DNA of 64,000 nucleotides, taken from positions 1,306-65,305 of the forward strand of contig CAMCUO010000005.1 in the NCBI GenBank assembly GCA_945879015.1, read 5' to 3'. The position numbers and the translations under genes were made by a program. Each line of letters starts with the position of its first letter. Position 1 is the first letter of the stretch. The notes below the pieces were generated by a model. That model made no database searches, had not been told where the DNA came from, and worked only from the letters and a program-made list of their open reading frames with translations. The stretch comes from Chitinophaga pinensis. GTDB taxonomy: Bacteria; Bacteroidota; Bacteroidia; 2-12-FULL-35-15. Shown in pieces: positions 27,197 through 37,279 of this stretch.

Positions 27197-28107
27197 ATGA
27201 TTTCGTCTTCGTTATAGGAAGGCGCATTGTTCAAAGCTTTTAACATCTGACTTATATATTGTGCGACAATTCCAATGCAGAAAATAATTATACCTGTAGA
27301 AAAAAGAATACTTACAATCAAAGAAGTATAACCTTCCACATCAATTTTTAAGTAAAACTTTTTAATGATGTAAAAAATTCCAATAATGAAATTGATAGTA
27401 GCTAAACTAAATCCAATATAGGTTACCAATTTTAATGGTAGAGTAGATGAAAACATGATGATGGTAGAAGTCATCTTAAACAATCCTGCTACTTTGTAAC
27501 GTTGCTTATGTATGTAATCAGGATTTGCATTTACATCTACAAAGGCTAATTTTTTTGTGTACCATAAACACAATTCATCAATAAAAACAAATTGTTTGTG
27601 ATTGTGTACCAACTTATCAGTCAGTGATTTTTTTAATAATCTAAAACTGCTTCCTTTTCCTTTTTGTGGGCCTTCCAGCTTTGCTAGTATTTTATATGCT
27701 CCAGAAAAAATTCCTCTAAAAAAAGGTTGATTTTGTTTTGGATACAATCCATAAACCAGATCAGCATTTGTATTTTTTTGATTATCGATTAGCTTTTGAA
27801 TTTCTGAAGGGTGAACTTCTAAATCATCATCAATGGTAATAACAAAATCTCCTTTCGCATGTTTGAAGCCACAAACAGTAGCTCCGTGCTGACCGAAATT
27901 TTTACTTAAGCGAATAATGGTTGTGTTGGATGAACTTGCTTTTATTTTTTTTAATACTTCCCAGCTATTGTCGGTACTACAATCATCCACAAAAATAATT
28001 TCGTAGGAATATTTGTTTTCAAAAAATGAAACAATGCTTTGGTGCACCTTCTCAAGTGCATTTTCAGAACCATAAACTGGAATAACTATGCTATAGTTTG
28101 TGCTCAT
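27190..28107 (-). CDS. Family 2 glycosyltransferase, polyprenyl-phosphate sugar transferase type (ArnC/GtrB-like)
   Basis: IVIPVYGSE...IIFVDDCSTDNS, a DxD in TIDDDLEVH, and two C-terminal TM helices. Confidence 0.75.
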   Translation of the reverse strand: MSTNYSIVIPVYGSENALEKVHQSIVSFFENKYSYEIIFVDDCSTDNSWEVLKKIKASSSNTTIIRLSKNFGQHGATVCGFKHAKGDFVITIDDDLEVHPSEIQKLIDNQKNTNADLVYGLYPKQNQPFFRGIFSGAYKILAKLEGPQKGKGSSFRLLKKSLTDKLVHNHKQFVFIDELCLWYTKKLAFVDVNANPDYIHKQRYKVAGLFKMTSTIIMFSSTLPLKLVTYIGFSLATINFIIGIFYIIKKFYLKIDVEGYTSLIVSILFSTGIIIFCIGIVAQYISQMLKALNNAPSYNEDEIIC

Positions 28108-28847
28108 ATTTTACTATTTAAAAGTAATCCACCATCCATTTTTATAACTGTTCCAGTAATTCTTTTTGATGCGGCACTTAATAAAAACGCAGCAGTATTT
28201 GCAACATCAATTGGTTCACTTATTCCAAGTGGGTAACGACTTTCAATTTCTGCAAATTCTTCTTTTGAATAAATTTGCTCTGCTTGTTCCAAAATTTTTG
28301 TCCGAACCAGACCAGGAGCAATGGTGTTTACTCGTATTTTTTTAGAAGCTGTTTCCAAAGCCAATCCTAAAGCAAAAGACTCTAATGCAGCTTTTGATGC
28401 AGTATAAAGCGAACCTCCCGTGTATGGATGATTTGCAGAAATGGATGAAATGAAAACAACTGATGCTTCGTTATTTAATTTTTTTGCAGATAATAATCCA
28501 CTACTCAGCAATACAGCCGATGAAAAATTTATTTTAAAAAGTTCATCAATGTGTCTTGATTTTAAAAACTTTATTGGAAGTGGATTGATAATTCCAGCAC
28601 AATGAACGAAACCATCAATAGCAGGTATTTTAGAAATCAAATAATTAATTTCCTCTTCGTTTGACAAATCAGCAATAAAAAAGCCTGCTTTATTTTTTAA
28701 TAATGCTTTTGTTTTATTTAATTCATCAGCATTGCGACCAGTGATAATGATATTAGCACCCAAAGAATCACACAATTGCGCAGTTGCTCTTCCTATTCCA
28801 GAAGTAGCACCAGTCACCAAAATTGTTTTATTCTCAAGCTCTGTCAT
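28104..28847 (-). CDS. Short-chain dehydrogenase/reductase (FabG-like ketoreductase)
   Basis: VTGATSGIGRATA and YTASKAAL (YxxxK). Confidence 0.8.
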   Translation of the reverse strand: MTELENKTILVTGATSGIGRATAQLCDSLGANIIITGRNADELNKTKALLKNKAGFFIADLSNEEEINYLISKIPAIDGFVHCAGIINPLPIKFLKSRHIDELFKINFSSAVLLSSGLLSAKKLNNEASVVFISSISANHPYTGGSLYTASKAALESFALGLALETASKKIRVNTIAPGLVRTKILEQAEQIYSKEEFAEIESRYPLGISEPIDVANTAAFLLSAASKRITGTVIKMDGGLLLNSKI

Positions 28848-29892
28848 ATTCTAAAAGTTTTGTATAAACATTTTCGGTTTCTAAAATAACACTTCCCCAG
28901 GAATATCCAACTCCGAAACCACTCAATAACAAAGATAATTTTTTTGTTCGTAATGCTTCTTTCATTTTGTAGCACATGGTTAATGGAATAGAAGCGGAGC
29001 TAGTGTTCCCAAAAACATCTATAGAATAAGGCACTTTTTCAAGATCTATTTTTAATTTTTTTCTCACACTTTCGTTGATGAGCTTGTTGGCTTGATGCAT
29101 AACGAAGTAATCTGTATTCTCTTTTGATTTATTACTTTTTTCATAAAGTGTAGTAATATTTGAAGCCGCTTCTTTCAATGCAAAATTAAAAACATCCATT
29201 CCATTTAAAATCAAATGCTTTTTTGCTCTACTAATTCCTGGTTCAATTTCTACTAAATCTTCCAATGTTTTATCAAACGGTGTTCTGCAACTTCCATGTT
29301 CAATTATGATTGCATTTTTTCCGGAGCCATCGCTTTGTAAATTAAAATGCATTTCATTTTTAGTTTGTGAATGCTCTATCAATGTTGCGGTTCCTGCATC
29401 TCCAAAAAGTGGATAAGTGCTTTTATCGGTATATGTTGTAGATGTAGATGACTTATCTCCAACTATCAATAAGCCTTTTTTTAATTGTCCGCTTTGCATT
29501 AAGTTGGTGATTACCGACAATCCATAAACATATCCAGAACAACCTAAGCTGATATCAAATGCGATACAATCTTTTTTTAATCCTAAACGGTTTTGTAATA
29601 AAATGGAAGTCGCTGGTAAAATATAATCGGGTGACTGAGAAACAAAAATCAGGACATCAATTTCTTCAGCACAATTATATTTATCTAATAAATGTTTAGC
29701 TGCTGTAAAACATAAATCGGAGCAAGCAACATCTTTAGCGGCAACTCTTCTTTCTTTTATTCCAGTAGTTTTTGCAAATAATTCTCTTTCCTCAACTGAA
29801 ATATGATTGTAATCGGCAGTTTTTTCTATGTGAGTTGGCACACAGCTGGAGATTGCAATAATATTCGTTTTAGTAGTAGATAGATAGGCCAC
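28834..29892 (-). CDS. KAS III (FabH)-like ketosynthase, copy 2
   Basis: Cys-His-Asn triad contexts: SLGCSGYVYG, MHQAN, GNTSSASIP. Confidence 0.8.
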   Translation of the reverse strand: MAYLSTTKTNIIAISSCVPTHIEKTADYNHISVEERELFAKTTGIKERRVAAKDVACSDLCFTAAKHLLDKYNCAEEIDVLIFVSQSPDYILPATSILLQNRLGLKKDCIAFDISLGCSGYVYGLSVITNLMQSGQLKKGLLIVGDKSSTSTTYTDKSTYPLFGDAGTATLIEHSQTKNEMHFNLQSDGSGKNAIIIEHGSCRTPFDKTLEDLVEIEPGISRAKKHLILNGMDVFNFALKEAASNITTLYEKSNKSKENTDYFVMHQANKLINESVRKKLKIDLEKVPYSIDVFGNTSSASIPLTMCYKMKEALRTKKLSLLLSGFGVGYSWGSVILETENVYTKLLEYDRA

Positions 29893-30129
29893 TTATTTTA
29901 ATTTTTCGATAGTAATATTATAAAGATCTTGGATTGTTTGTGCCGATTTTAAATCAGCGCCATTTAATAATGCATTAAAATTCGCATCAATGTATGCAAT
30001 GATAATTAAGGCATGCATACTGCTCCAACCTTTTATACTTCTAAAGTTTGTAGCGGAGCTAAGAGTCCCAGGTTCTAAATCTTCAAATTCAACTTCTAAA
30101 CCTTTCGTAAATTCTTCTATGCTATTCAT
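29893..30129 (-). CDS. Acyl carrier protein
   Basis: 78 aa. KGWSSMHALIIIAYID has the Ser attachment context. It abuts the downstream KASIII with no gap. Confidence 0.7.
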   Translation of the reverse strand: MNSIEEFTKGLEVEFEDLEPGTLSSATNFRSIKGWSSMHALIIIAYIDANFNALLNGADLKSAQTIQDLYNITIEKLK

Positions 30130-30165
30130 AAATGTAAATATATTAAAATATACAATTCAAGATGA

Positions 30166-31179
30166 CTATAGCTCAATAATGGTTGCACCCCAAGACAAAC
30201 CGACTCCAAATCCTGCGAGTAATATTTTTTGTCCTGGTTTTGCTTTTCCTGATTTAATGGCTTCACTTAATGTAATGGGGATGCTTGCAGCAACTGTGTT
30301 TCCAACACCTGCCATGTAATTAAAAACTTTTTCCTCCGGAATTTTCATTTTTGTTCGTATGGAATTAATCAAAAATAAATTCGCTTGATGAAAAATAAAA
30401 AGATCAACGTCTTCGATATTTAATTTTTCTTTCGCCAATAAATCTTTAATCATTGCTGGAACAGTTTTTAATCCAAAATGAAAAACTCCAGCACCGTCCA
30501 TGTGTAAATTAGCATCGGTAGTCACATTTCCGTGTTCATTTTCTATTTCAATAAAAGAATTTTTTGAAATTGGATTTCTTGCACCACCATCTCTGATGAT
30601 AATTTTTTCTGCCATTTTTCCATCTGTTCCAAAAACGAATGAACTAATGTTAGCATTTTTTTTACCAGACGAAATGAGCGTTGCAGCTGCACCATCACCA
30701 AAAACAAATTTTGAACTTCTATCTTTTTTATGAATATTTTTTGTGAGTGTTGAAGAAGTAATTAGCAAAACATTTTTCAATCCCAAAGACTCAATCATTC
30801 CTTTTGCCATCCCTAATCCATATACAAATCCGCTACAACCTAAACTGTAATCCATTGCTCCAGCATTTATTGGAAGCCCTAATTTTGCTTGTATGATAGA
30901 GGCAGAGGCAGGAAACATGTAATCAAACTCCAAAGCACAAAAAAGTAAAAAATCAATTTCTTCAGGTTTAACTTTGTGTTCTTTGAAAAGTGCTAATGCT
31001 GCTTTAACAGCAAGATCAGAAGCTGTTTCATTTTTAGCTACTATATGCCTTTCAACAACTCCAATTCTTGCATAGTTTTCTTTTTGAGAAACAGTTGCAG
31101 GAAAAGCTTTGAAAAAATCTGTATTACTATAGATTTTTTCGGGAAGATAATAACTGATAGCTTTTATGAATGCCGACAT
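30166..31179 (-). CDS. KAS III (FabH)-like ketosynthase, copy 1
   Basis: SLGCSGFVYG, FHQAN, GNTVAASIP. Confidence 0.8.
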   Translation of the reverse strand: MSAFIKAISYYLPEKIYSNTDFFKAFPATVSQKENYARIGVVERHIVAKNETASDLAVKAALALFKEHKVKPEEIDFLLFCALEFDYMFPASASIIQAKLGLPINAGAMDYSLGCSGFVYGLGMAKGMIESLGLKNVLLITSSTLTKNIHKKDRSSKFVFGDGAAATLISSGKKNANISSFVFGTDGKMAEKIIIRDGGARNPISKNSFIEIENEHGNVTTDANLHMDGAGVFHFGLKTVPAMIKDLLAKEKLNIEDVDLFIFHQANLFLINSIRTKMKIPEEKVFNYMAGVGNTVAASIPITLSEAIKSGKAKPGQKILLAGFGVGLSWGATIIEL

Positions 31180-31309
31180 CTTTGTAAAATGAATAGAAAA
31201 TATTTAAAAAGTGTTTATGACAATTTTCGAATTAAAAGTACAAAAATACTTTCTCATCTTGGGAAAAACTTAATTATATTTGGTGGGTAAAGAATTGTAT
31301 AGAATTTCA

Positions 31310-33304
31310 ATGAAAAAGAACAAAGTAAAGGAAGCCCCTAAGCCTGAAAAAAAGATTGTTGAAAACGTGTTCAGTGAAAAAAAATTGAATCGTAGAATAA
31401 TTTTATTTTTTGTGCTTTTATGTTTTTTGGTTTACGGGAAAAGTATCAAGAATAATTATTCTATGGATGATGAGTTTGTTGTTAGAAATAACCAACAAGT
31501 TCAAAGAGGAATTGAAGCAATACCTGAAATTTTTAGAACAACCTATGTTGTAAATAGTCAAAAATCGAACTACGAATATCGTCCAATTGTTAAAGCATCA
31601 TTTGCGTTAGAGTGTGAGTTTTTTGGAGTAAATCCACATGTTAGTCATTTCATAAATGTGTTGCTTTATACTTTAGCGATAGTATTGCTTTACATGACTC
31701 TCAAGGCTTTACTGTCGAAATACAATATACTTCTTCCTTTTATAATTACGACTTTATTTTTGATTCATCCATTGCATTCCGAAGTTGTAATAAGCATTAA
31801 AAATAGAGATGTTATTTTAAGTTTTACAGGATTTATTCTTTCCATATTCTTTTATTTAAAATTCATTGAAACAAAAAAATATTATCACTTATTTTTCGGA
31901 GTATTTTTTATTCTTTTTGGATTGATGTCTAAAAAAGATGCGATGACCATTGTTGCTATTATTCCCTTTACTCTTTGGTTTTTAAAAGATGTTTCTTTCA
32001 AACGAATGATTCCAATTTTTATTTCTTACATATTTCCAATTCTCATTTATCGATTTGCAAACAAAATTGCGAATCATAATTTTTCGAGAAAAACATTGGA
32101 TTGGGAAAATCCTTTATATCTGGGTTCAACTTTAGCGGATCGTATTCCGAGCGGATTTTATAGCATTTATTTTTATCTAAAAATGTTTTTAATTCCGCAT
32201 CCGCTTGTTTCCTACTATGGCTACAATCAAGTGCCTATAGCTACTTGGTCGAATGCAATTGTATGGATTGTTTTAATCGGATTAATAGGCGTAGGTTATT
32301 ATGTAATTAAAAATTTCAAAACAAAAGGAATTGAAATTTTTGGAATTCTATTCTTTTTAGTAACCATTTCAATGTTTACAAATGTGTTGGTTCCAGTTGT
32401 AGGTATTGTAGGTGAGCGATTTGCATTTATTCCATCACTAGGATTGTGTTTTATATCAGCTTGGGCTTTGTTTAAAGGTTTTAAAATTGCTTTTGAAAAC
32501 AAAGAATTGAAATTTCCAGCACTTTCAAGTCCGATTTTCGTGACTTTAGGTTTAGTTGTTTTGCTATTTAGTATCCGTTCATTTGTTAGAATAAAAGATT
32601 GGAAGGATACATTTACTTTGTATCAAACAGATGTTAAAAATGCTCCAGAATCGGCTCATGCCAACTCATTGATAGCAGCAGCATCCATTCAAAAGATTAA
32701 GGAAAATGAAAAAATGAGCATAAATCAGAAACGATTTTATGTTCAAAATGCGGAAAAATACTATTTAGAATCCATTCGCATTATTCCAGACTACATCTCT
32801 TCCTTAAACAATTTGGGAATGATTTATTACACCTATTACAATCAGCCTGAAAAGTCGATTCCCTATCTTAAAAAGGCAATATCATTAGATACAAATTATG
32901 TGGAAGCATACTTTAACTTAGCGACTTGTGAAGCAAAGGGGAAAAACTATGTTGAAGCAGAAAAACATTACCTGAAATCAATAGAAATTGACTCCAATTT
33001 TGTGAGCACTTATTTTTCATTAAGCGCCATGTATGCGGAAGAAAAGAAGTATGATGAAATTTTAAAATTGAATCAAAATGCTATAGATAAAGGGGTTAAG
33101 GCAGATGTATTGCATGTGAATATTGGTAATGTTTATTTCATGAGAAAGGATACAATTTCTGCAGTACCGCATTTTGAAGAATGCATACGTTTGAACTCAA
33201 ATAACAGGTTTTTGAACTCGTTTTTGGCCAATTATTTCAAAGAAAAGGGTGATTTAGTGAAAGCGAACAAATATTATGACTTGATGGGGGCTTCAAAACG
33301 TTAA
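31310..33304 (+). CDS. GT-C-like polytopic membrane protein (PMT/ArnT-like) with C-terminal TPR repeats
   Basis: About 11 TM segments. An acidic first-loop motif YSMDDEFVV follows TM1. The C-terminal roughly 200 aa hold TPR repeats (NNLGMIYY..., AYFNLATCE..., TYFSLSAMY...). ATG at 31310 is preferred over the GTG at 31280. Confidence 0.65.
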   Translation: MKKNKVKEAPKPEKKIVENVFSEKKLNRRIILFFVLLCFLVYGKSIKNNYSMDDEFVVRNNQQVQRGIEAIPEIFRTTYVVNSQKSNYEYRPIVKASFALECEFFGVNPHVSHFINVLLYTLAIVLLYMTLKALLSKYNILLPFIITTLFLIHPLHSEVVISIKNRDVILSFTGFILSIFFYLKFIETKKYYHLFFGVFFILFGLMSKKDAMTIVAIIPFTLWFLKDVSFKRMIPIFISYIFPILIYRFANKIANHNFSRKTLDWENPLYLGSTLADRIPSGFYSIYFYLKMFLIPHPLVSYYGYNQVPIATWSNAIVWIVLIGLIGVGYYVIKNFKTKGIEIFGILFFLVTISMFTNVLVPVVGIVGERFAFIPSLGLCFISAWALFKGFKIAFENKELKFPALSSPIFVTLGLVVLLFSIRSFVRIKDWKDTFTLYQTDVKNAPESAHANSLIAAASIQKIKENEKMSINQKRFYVQNAEKYYLESIRIIPDYISSLNNLGMIYYTYYNQPEKSIPYLKKAISLDTNYVEAYFNLATCEAKGKNYVEAEKHYLKSIEIDSNFVSTYFSLSAMYAEEKKYDEILKLNQNAIDKGVKADVLHVNIGNVYFMRKDTISAVPHFEECIRLNSNNRFLNSFLANYFKEKGDLVKANKYYDLMGASKR

Positions 33305-33449
33305 TTTTAATGCAACTAAATAGGTTTAAAAACATCTTATTTAACAGATAAATAGTATTTTAGACATGATTTAATAATCGTTTATTTTTGAATCTCAATT
33401 AAGTCAAATTTCTTCAATCCTTAATATAGATTTTGTATAATTTTTTCAG

Positions 33450-33490
33450 AGTCGGAATTCCTTAATTATTAAGCGATTCCGACTTTTTTA
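33450..33490 (+). terminator. Rho-independent terminator insulating the island from the rpsL operon
   Basis: agtcggaat-(17 nt)-attccgact followed by tttttt. Confidence 0.6.
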
Positions 33491-33542
33491 TGCCCGAAAT
33501 ATTAAATTTTTCGGATAAATCACGTTTTTTTTTGAACTGTCT

Positions 33543-33572
33543 ATTGTTTATAATAAATATTTATTACCTTTG
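33543..33572 (+). promoter_or_regulatory. Candidate Bacteroidota sigma-A promoter of the ribosomal array (TTG ... TACCTTTG)
   Basis: TAnnTTTG match at 33565-33572 with a TTG 18 nt upstream. It lies 68 nt before the rpsL ATG. Confidence 0.4.
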
Positions 33573-33639
33573 CCCTCCCAAAAAAGCGGGGGTGTATTTA
33601 ATTTACACTGAAAAACGATAAAAATTTAACAACAGAAAA

Positions 33640-34041
33640 ATGCCTACAATATCACAATTAGTGCGTAAAGGGAGATTAAAAGCAGTTAACAAAAGTAAGT
33701 CTGCAGCTCTTGATTCTTGTCCACAAAAACGTGGGGTTTGTACTCGTGTTTACACGACTACTCCAAAGAAACCGAATTCAGCTATGAGAAAAGTAGCTCG
33801 TGTGCGTTTAACCAACAAAAAAGAGGTGAATGCATACATCCCGGGAGAAGGTCATAACCTGCAAGAACACTCAATTGTGTTGATTCGTGGTGGAAGAGTT
33901 AAAGATTTACCAGGAGTTCGTTATCACATCGTTCGTGGTGCTTTAGATACTTCAGGAGTTGATGGTCGTAACCAAAGACGTTCAAAATACGGAACAAAGA
34001 AACCAAAAGCAGGAGCTGCTAAACCAGCTGCTAAAAAATAA
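33640..34041 (+). CDS. rpsL: 30S ribosomal protein S12
   Basis: [12 protein letters not shown]..., [10 protein letters not shown]. Confidence 0.97.
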   Translation: MPTISQLVRKGRLKAVNKSKSAALDSCPQKRGVCTRVYTTTPKKPNSAMRKVARVRLTNKKEVNAYIPGEGHNLQEHSIVLIRGGRVKDLPGVRYHIVRGALDTSGVDGRNQRRSKYGTKKPKAGAAKPAAKK

Positions 34042-34113
34042 TTAAAAATCGAGTGAGGATTTGAGTAAGGAAAAACCTGAAGCAACAAATTTAAGCTCTA
34101 AAAAAAACAAACA

Positions 34114-34584
34114 ATGAGAAAGACCAAAGCCAAAAAGAGAATTCTTTTACCTGATCCAAAATTCAATGATATTTTGGTAACACGTTTTGTAAACAATTTA
34201 ATGTATGATGGTAAAAAAAGTACTTCATACGATGTATTTTATGATGCAATCGAAATTGTTCAGAAAAGAACTCCAGATGTTGATGGTTTAGAAACTTTCA
34301 AAAAAGCATTGAGTAATATCACTCCAGCAGTTGAAGTTCGTAGTCGCAGAGTTGGTGGTGCAACATTTCAAATTCCTTCTGAGATTCGTCCAGAAAGAAA
34401 ACTTTCAATGGGAATTAAGTGGATGATTCTTTATGCTCGTAAACGTAACGAAAAATCAATGGCTCAGAAATTAGCTGGAGAAATTGTTGCAGCAGCAAAA
34501 GAAGAAGGTGCAGCTTACAAAAAGAAAGAAGACGTTCATAAAATGGCAGAAGCTAACAAAGCTTTCTCTCACTTTAGATTTTAA
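34114..34584 (+). CDS. rpsG: 30S ribosomal protein S7
   Basis: 156 aa, [23 protein letters not shown]. Confidence 0.97.
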   Translation: MRKTKAKKRILLPDPKFNDILVTRFVNNLMYDGKKSTSYDVFYDAIEIVQKRTPDVDGLETFKKALSNITPAVEVRSRRVGGATFQIPSEIRPERKLSMGIKWMILYARKRNEKSMAQKLAGEIVAAAKEEGAAYKKKEDVHKMAEANKAFSHFRF

Positions 34585-34721
34585 TTAATGTTGCGCTTTG
34601 CGCTTACATTAATTTATCCTGATGAAATCGGGATTTTATAAATAAGAATAAGAATAGCGTTGTTGAATGTGAGTTTAGGTAAAACCAACAACAAACAACC
34701 AGCAACAAACAACTAATTAAA

Positions 34722-36845
34722 ATGGCAGATTTAAGATATACAAGAAACATTGGAATTGCAGCTCACATCGATGCAGGTAAAACAACTTGCACCGAGCGTA
34801 TTCTTTATTATACAGGAGTGAATCACAAAATTGGTGAAGTTCATGACGGTGCAGCAACAATGGATTGGATGGTTCAAGAGCAAGAGAGAGGTATAACAAT
34901 CACATCTGCTGCTACTACTTGTTTTTGGAAATACAGAGACCAACAATATAAAGTAAACATTATTGATACACCGGGTCACGTTGACTTTACAGTTGAGGTG
35001 AATCGTTCATTACGCATCCTTGATGGTTTAGTTTTCTTGTTTTCTGCTGTTGATGGTGTTGAGCCACAATCAGAAACAAACTGGAGACTAGCTAACAACT
35101 ATAACGTAACCCGTATTGGTTTCGTAAATAAAATGGATCGCTCTGGTGCTGACTTTTTAAAGGTTGTTGCACAAGTGAAAGAAGTATTGGGTGGAAATCC
35201 TTTACCATTACAATTGCCGATTGGTGCTGAAGAAACATTTGTTGGAGTGGTTGATTTGATTAATTTCCGTGGAATTGTTTGGAATGAAGAAGATCAAGGA
35301 ATGACTTTCAAAGAAGTTCCTATTCCAGCAGAAATGATGGAAGAAGCAAAAGAGTGGAGAGGTAAATTATTGGAAGCAATCGCGGAATTCGATGATAGAT
35401 TGATGGAGAAATTTTTCGTAGATCCTGAATCTCTTACAGAGCGCGAAATTCTTGATGCACTTCGTCAAGCTTGTGTTGCGAACAAAGTAGTTCCAATGGT
35501 TTGCGGATCAGCATTTAAAAATAAAGGTGTTCAAACAATGTTGGATTTGGTAATGGAATTAATGCCATCACCAATGGATAAAGAAGAAACCAAAGGAACA
35601 CATCCTGATACTGGTGCAGAAATTTCTCGTAAGCCAGATGTTAAAGAGCCATTTACAGCATTAGCATTTAAAATTGCAACCGATCCTTTTGTTGGTCGTT
35701 TGTGTTTCTTCCGTGCTTATTCTGGTCGTTTAGATGCTGGTTCATATGTATTAAATACTCGCAGTGGAAACAAAGAACGTATTTCTCGTATTTTCCAAAT
35801 GCATGCAAATAAACAAAACGCAATTGATTTTATTGAAGCAGGTGATATTGGTGCAGCTGTAGGATTTAAAGATATCAAAACAGGTGATACACTTTGTGAT
35901 GAGAAACATCCTATCGTTCTTGAATCAATGAATTTCCCTGAGCCTGTTATAGGTGTTGCCATTGAGCCTAAAACTCAAGCTGACTTGGATAAATTAGGCG
36001 TTTCATTAAATAAATTAGCTGAAGAAGATCCTACTTTCCGTGTTAAAACGGATGAAGATAGTGGTCAAACAATCATCAGTGGAATGGGGGAACTTCACTT
36101 AGAGATTATTATGGATCGTTTGAAGCGTGAATTCAAAGTTGAATGTAATCAAGGTCCGCCTCAAGTATCATACAAGGAAACTATTAATGGCGAAGTATCA
36201 CACCGCGAGGTTTATAAAAAACAATCTGGTGGTCGTGGTAAGTTTGCCGATATACAAGTTGTTATTTCTCCAGTTGATGCAGATTTTGATGCAACAACAA
36301 AAAAAGCTGGTGGATTACAATTCGTAAACGAAATTTCTGGTGGTAATATTCCTCGTGAATTTATTCCAGCAGTTGAAAAAGGATTTAAATCAGCAATGGT
36401 GAATGGTGTATTAGCAGGTTATCCTGTAGATACATTAAAAGTAAGATTGTTAGATGGTTCATATCACAATGTCGATTCAGATGCATTATCGTTTGAGATT
36501 TGTGCTCGTTCTGCATTCCGTGAAGCAATGCCAAAAGCAAAACCAGTTTTATTGGAGCCTATCATGAAAGTGGAAGTTCTTACTCCAGAACAAAACATGG
36601 GTGATGTTGTAGGTGATTTGAATAAACGCAGAGGTATGATTGAAGGAATGGATACTAGAGCTGGTTCTCAAGTTATCAAAGCAAAAGTTCCATTGTCTGA
36701 AATGTTTGGATACGTTACAACTTTGCGCACTATCACTTCTGGTCGTGCAACTTCTACAATGGAATTTTCTCATTATGCAGAAGCTCCACGTAGCACTTCA
36801 GATGAGGTAATCGCTAAAGCAAAAGGTAAAGCAGAAAAAGTATAA
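34722..36845 (+). CDS. fusA: Elongation factor G
   Basis: 707 aa, [22 protein letters not shown]. Confidence 0.97.
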   Translation: MADLRYTRNIGIAAHIDAGKTTCTERILYYTGVNHKIGEVHDGAATMDWMVQEQERGITITSAATTCFWKYRDQQYKVNIIDTPGHVDFTVEVNRSLRILDGLVFLFSAVDGVEPQSETNWRLANNYNVTRIGFVNKMDRSGADFLKVVAQVKEVLGGNPLPLQLPIGAEETFVGVVDLINFRGIVWNEEDQGMTFKEVPIPAEMMEEAKEWRGKLLEAIAEFDDRLMEKFFVDPESLTEREILDALRQACVANKVVPMVCGSAFKNKGVQTMLDLVMELMPSPMDKEETKGTHPDTGAEISRKPDVKEPFTALAFKIATDPFVGRLCFFRAYSGRLDAGSYVLNTRSGNKERISRIFQMHANKQNAIDFIEAGDIGAAVGFKDIKTGDTLCDEKHPIVLESMNFPEPVIGVAIEPKTQADLDKLGVSLNKLAEEDPTFRVKTDEDSGQTIISGMGELHLEIIMDRLKREFKVECNQGPPQVSYKETINGEVSHREVYKKQSGGRGKFADIQVVISPVDADFDATTKKAGGLQFVNEISGGNIPREFIPAVEKGFKSAMVNGVLAGYPVDTLKVRLLDGSYHNVDSDALSFEICARSAFREAMPKAKPVLLEPIMKVEVLTPEQNMGDVVGDLNKRRGMIEGMDTRAGSQVIKAKVPLSEMFGYVTTLRTITSGRATSTMEFSHYAEAPRSTSDEVIAKAKGKAEKV

Positions 36846-36877
36846 TAAATTAACATCGTTCTTTATAAAACAAAACT

Positions 36878-37186
36878 ATGAGCCAAAAAATCAGAATCAA
36901 ATTAAAATCTTACGACTTCAACTTAGTTGACAAGTCAGCAGAGAAAATTGTTAAAACTGTGAAAATGACAGGAGCTGTTGTTAGTGGACCAATTCCATTG
37001 CCAACACAGAAAAAAATCTATACTGTTTTACGTTCTCCGCACGTTAATAAAAAAGCACGTGAGCAATTTCAATTGTGCTCATACAAAAGATTGTTAGACA
37101 TCTACAACTCAACTTCTAAAACGGTTGACGCACTTATGAAATTAGAATTACCAAGTGGAGTAGAAGTTGAAATCAAAGCATCGTAA
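36878..37186 (+). CDS. rpsJ: 30S ribosomal protein S10
   Basis: 102 aa, [13 protein letters not shown]. Confidence 0.97.
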   Translation: MSQKIRIKLKSYDFNLVDKSAEKIVKTVKMTGAVVSGPIPLPTQKKIYTVLRSPHVNKKAREQFQLCSYKRLLDIYNSTSKTVDALMKLELPSGVEVEIKAS

Positions 37187-37202
37187 TAAAATTTGTTGAG
37201 CC

Positions 37203-37228
37203 GTCACCCTGAGAGGAGTCGAAGGGGG
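37203..37228. repeat. Family B-related repeat gtcaccctgagaggagtcgaaggggg
   Basis: Shares the gtcac-ctgag-ggagtcgaag core with the copies at 3625 and 15018. It lies between rpsJ and rplC. Confidence 0.55.
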
Positions 37229-37279
37229 AAGGCAGACAAATCTCAATAAGAAAAAAAAATAATTAATTAATTAAACACA

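Noticed and set aside
31280-31309. GTG start at 31280 for the GT-C/TPR protein
   Set aside because: The ATG at 31310 (MKKNKVKEAP...) is in frame 10 codons downstream and gives a conventional basic N-terminus before TM1. The choice remains uncertain.
13872-33304. Island as a flexirubin, aryl-polyene or dialkylresorcinol pigment cluster
   Set aside because: It has no FabF/FabB-type KS, dehydratase, ammonia-lyase, DarA-like or LolA-like genes. The only ketosynthases are two FabH-like enzymes with one KR, which is insufficient for a polyene.
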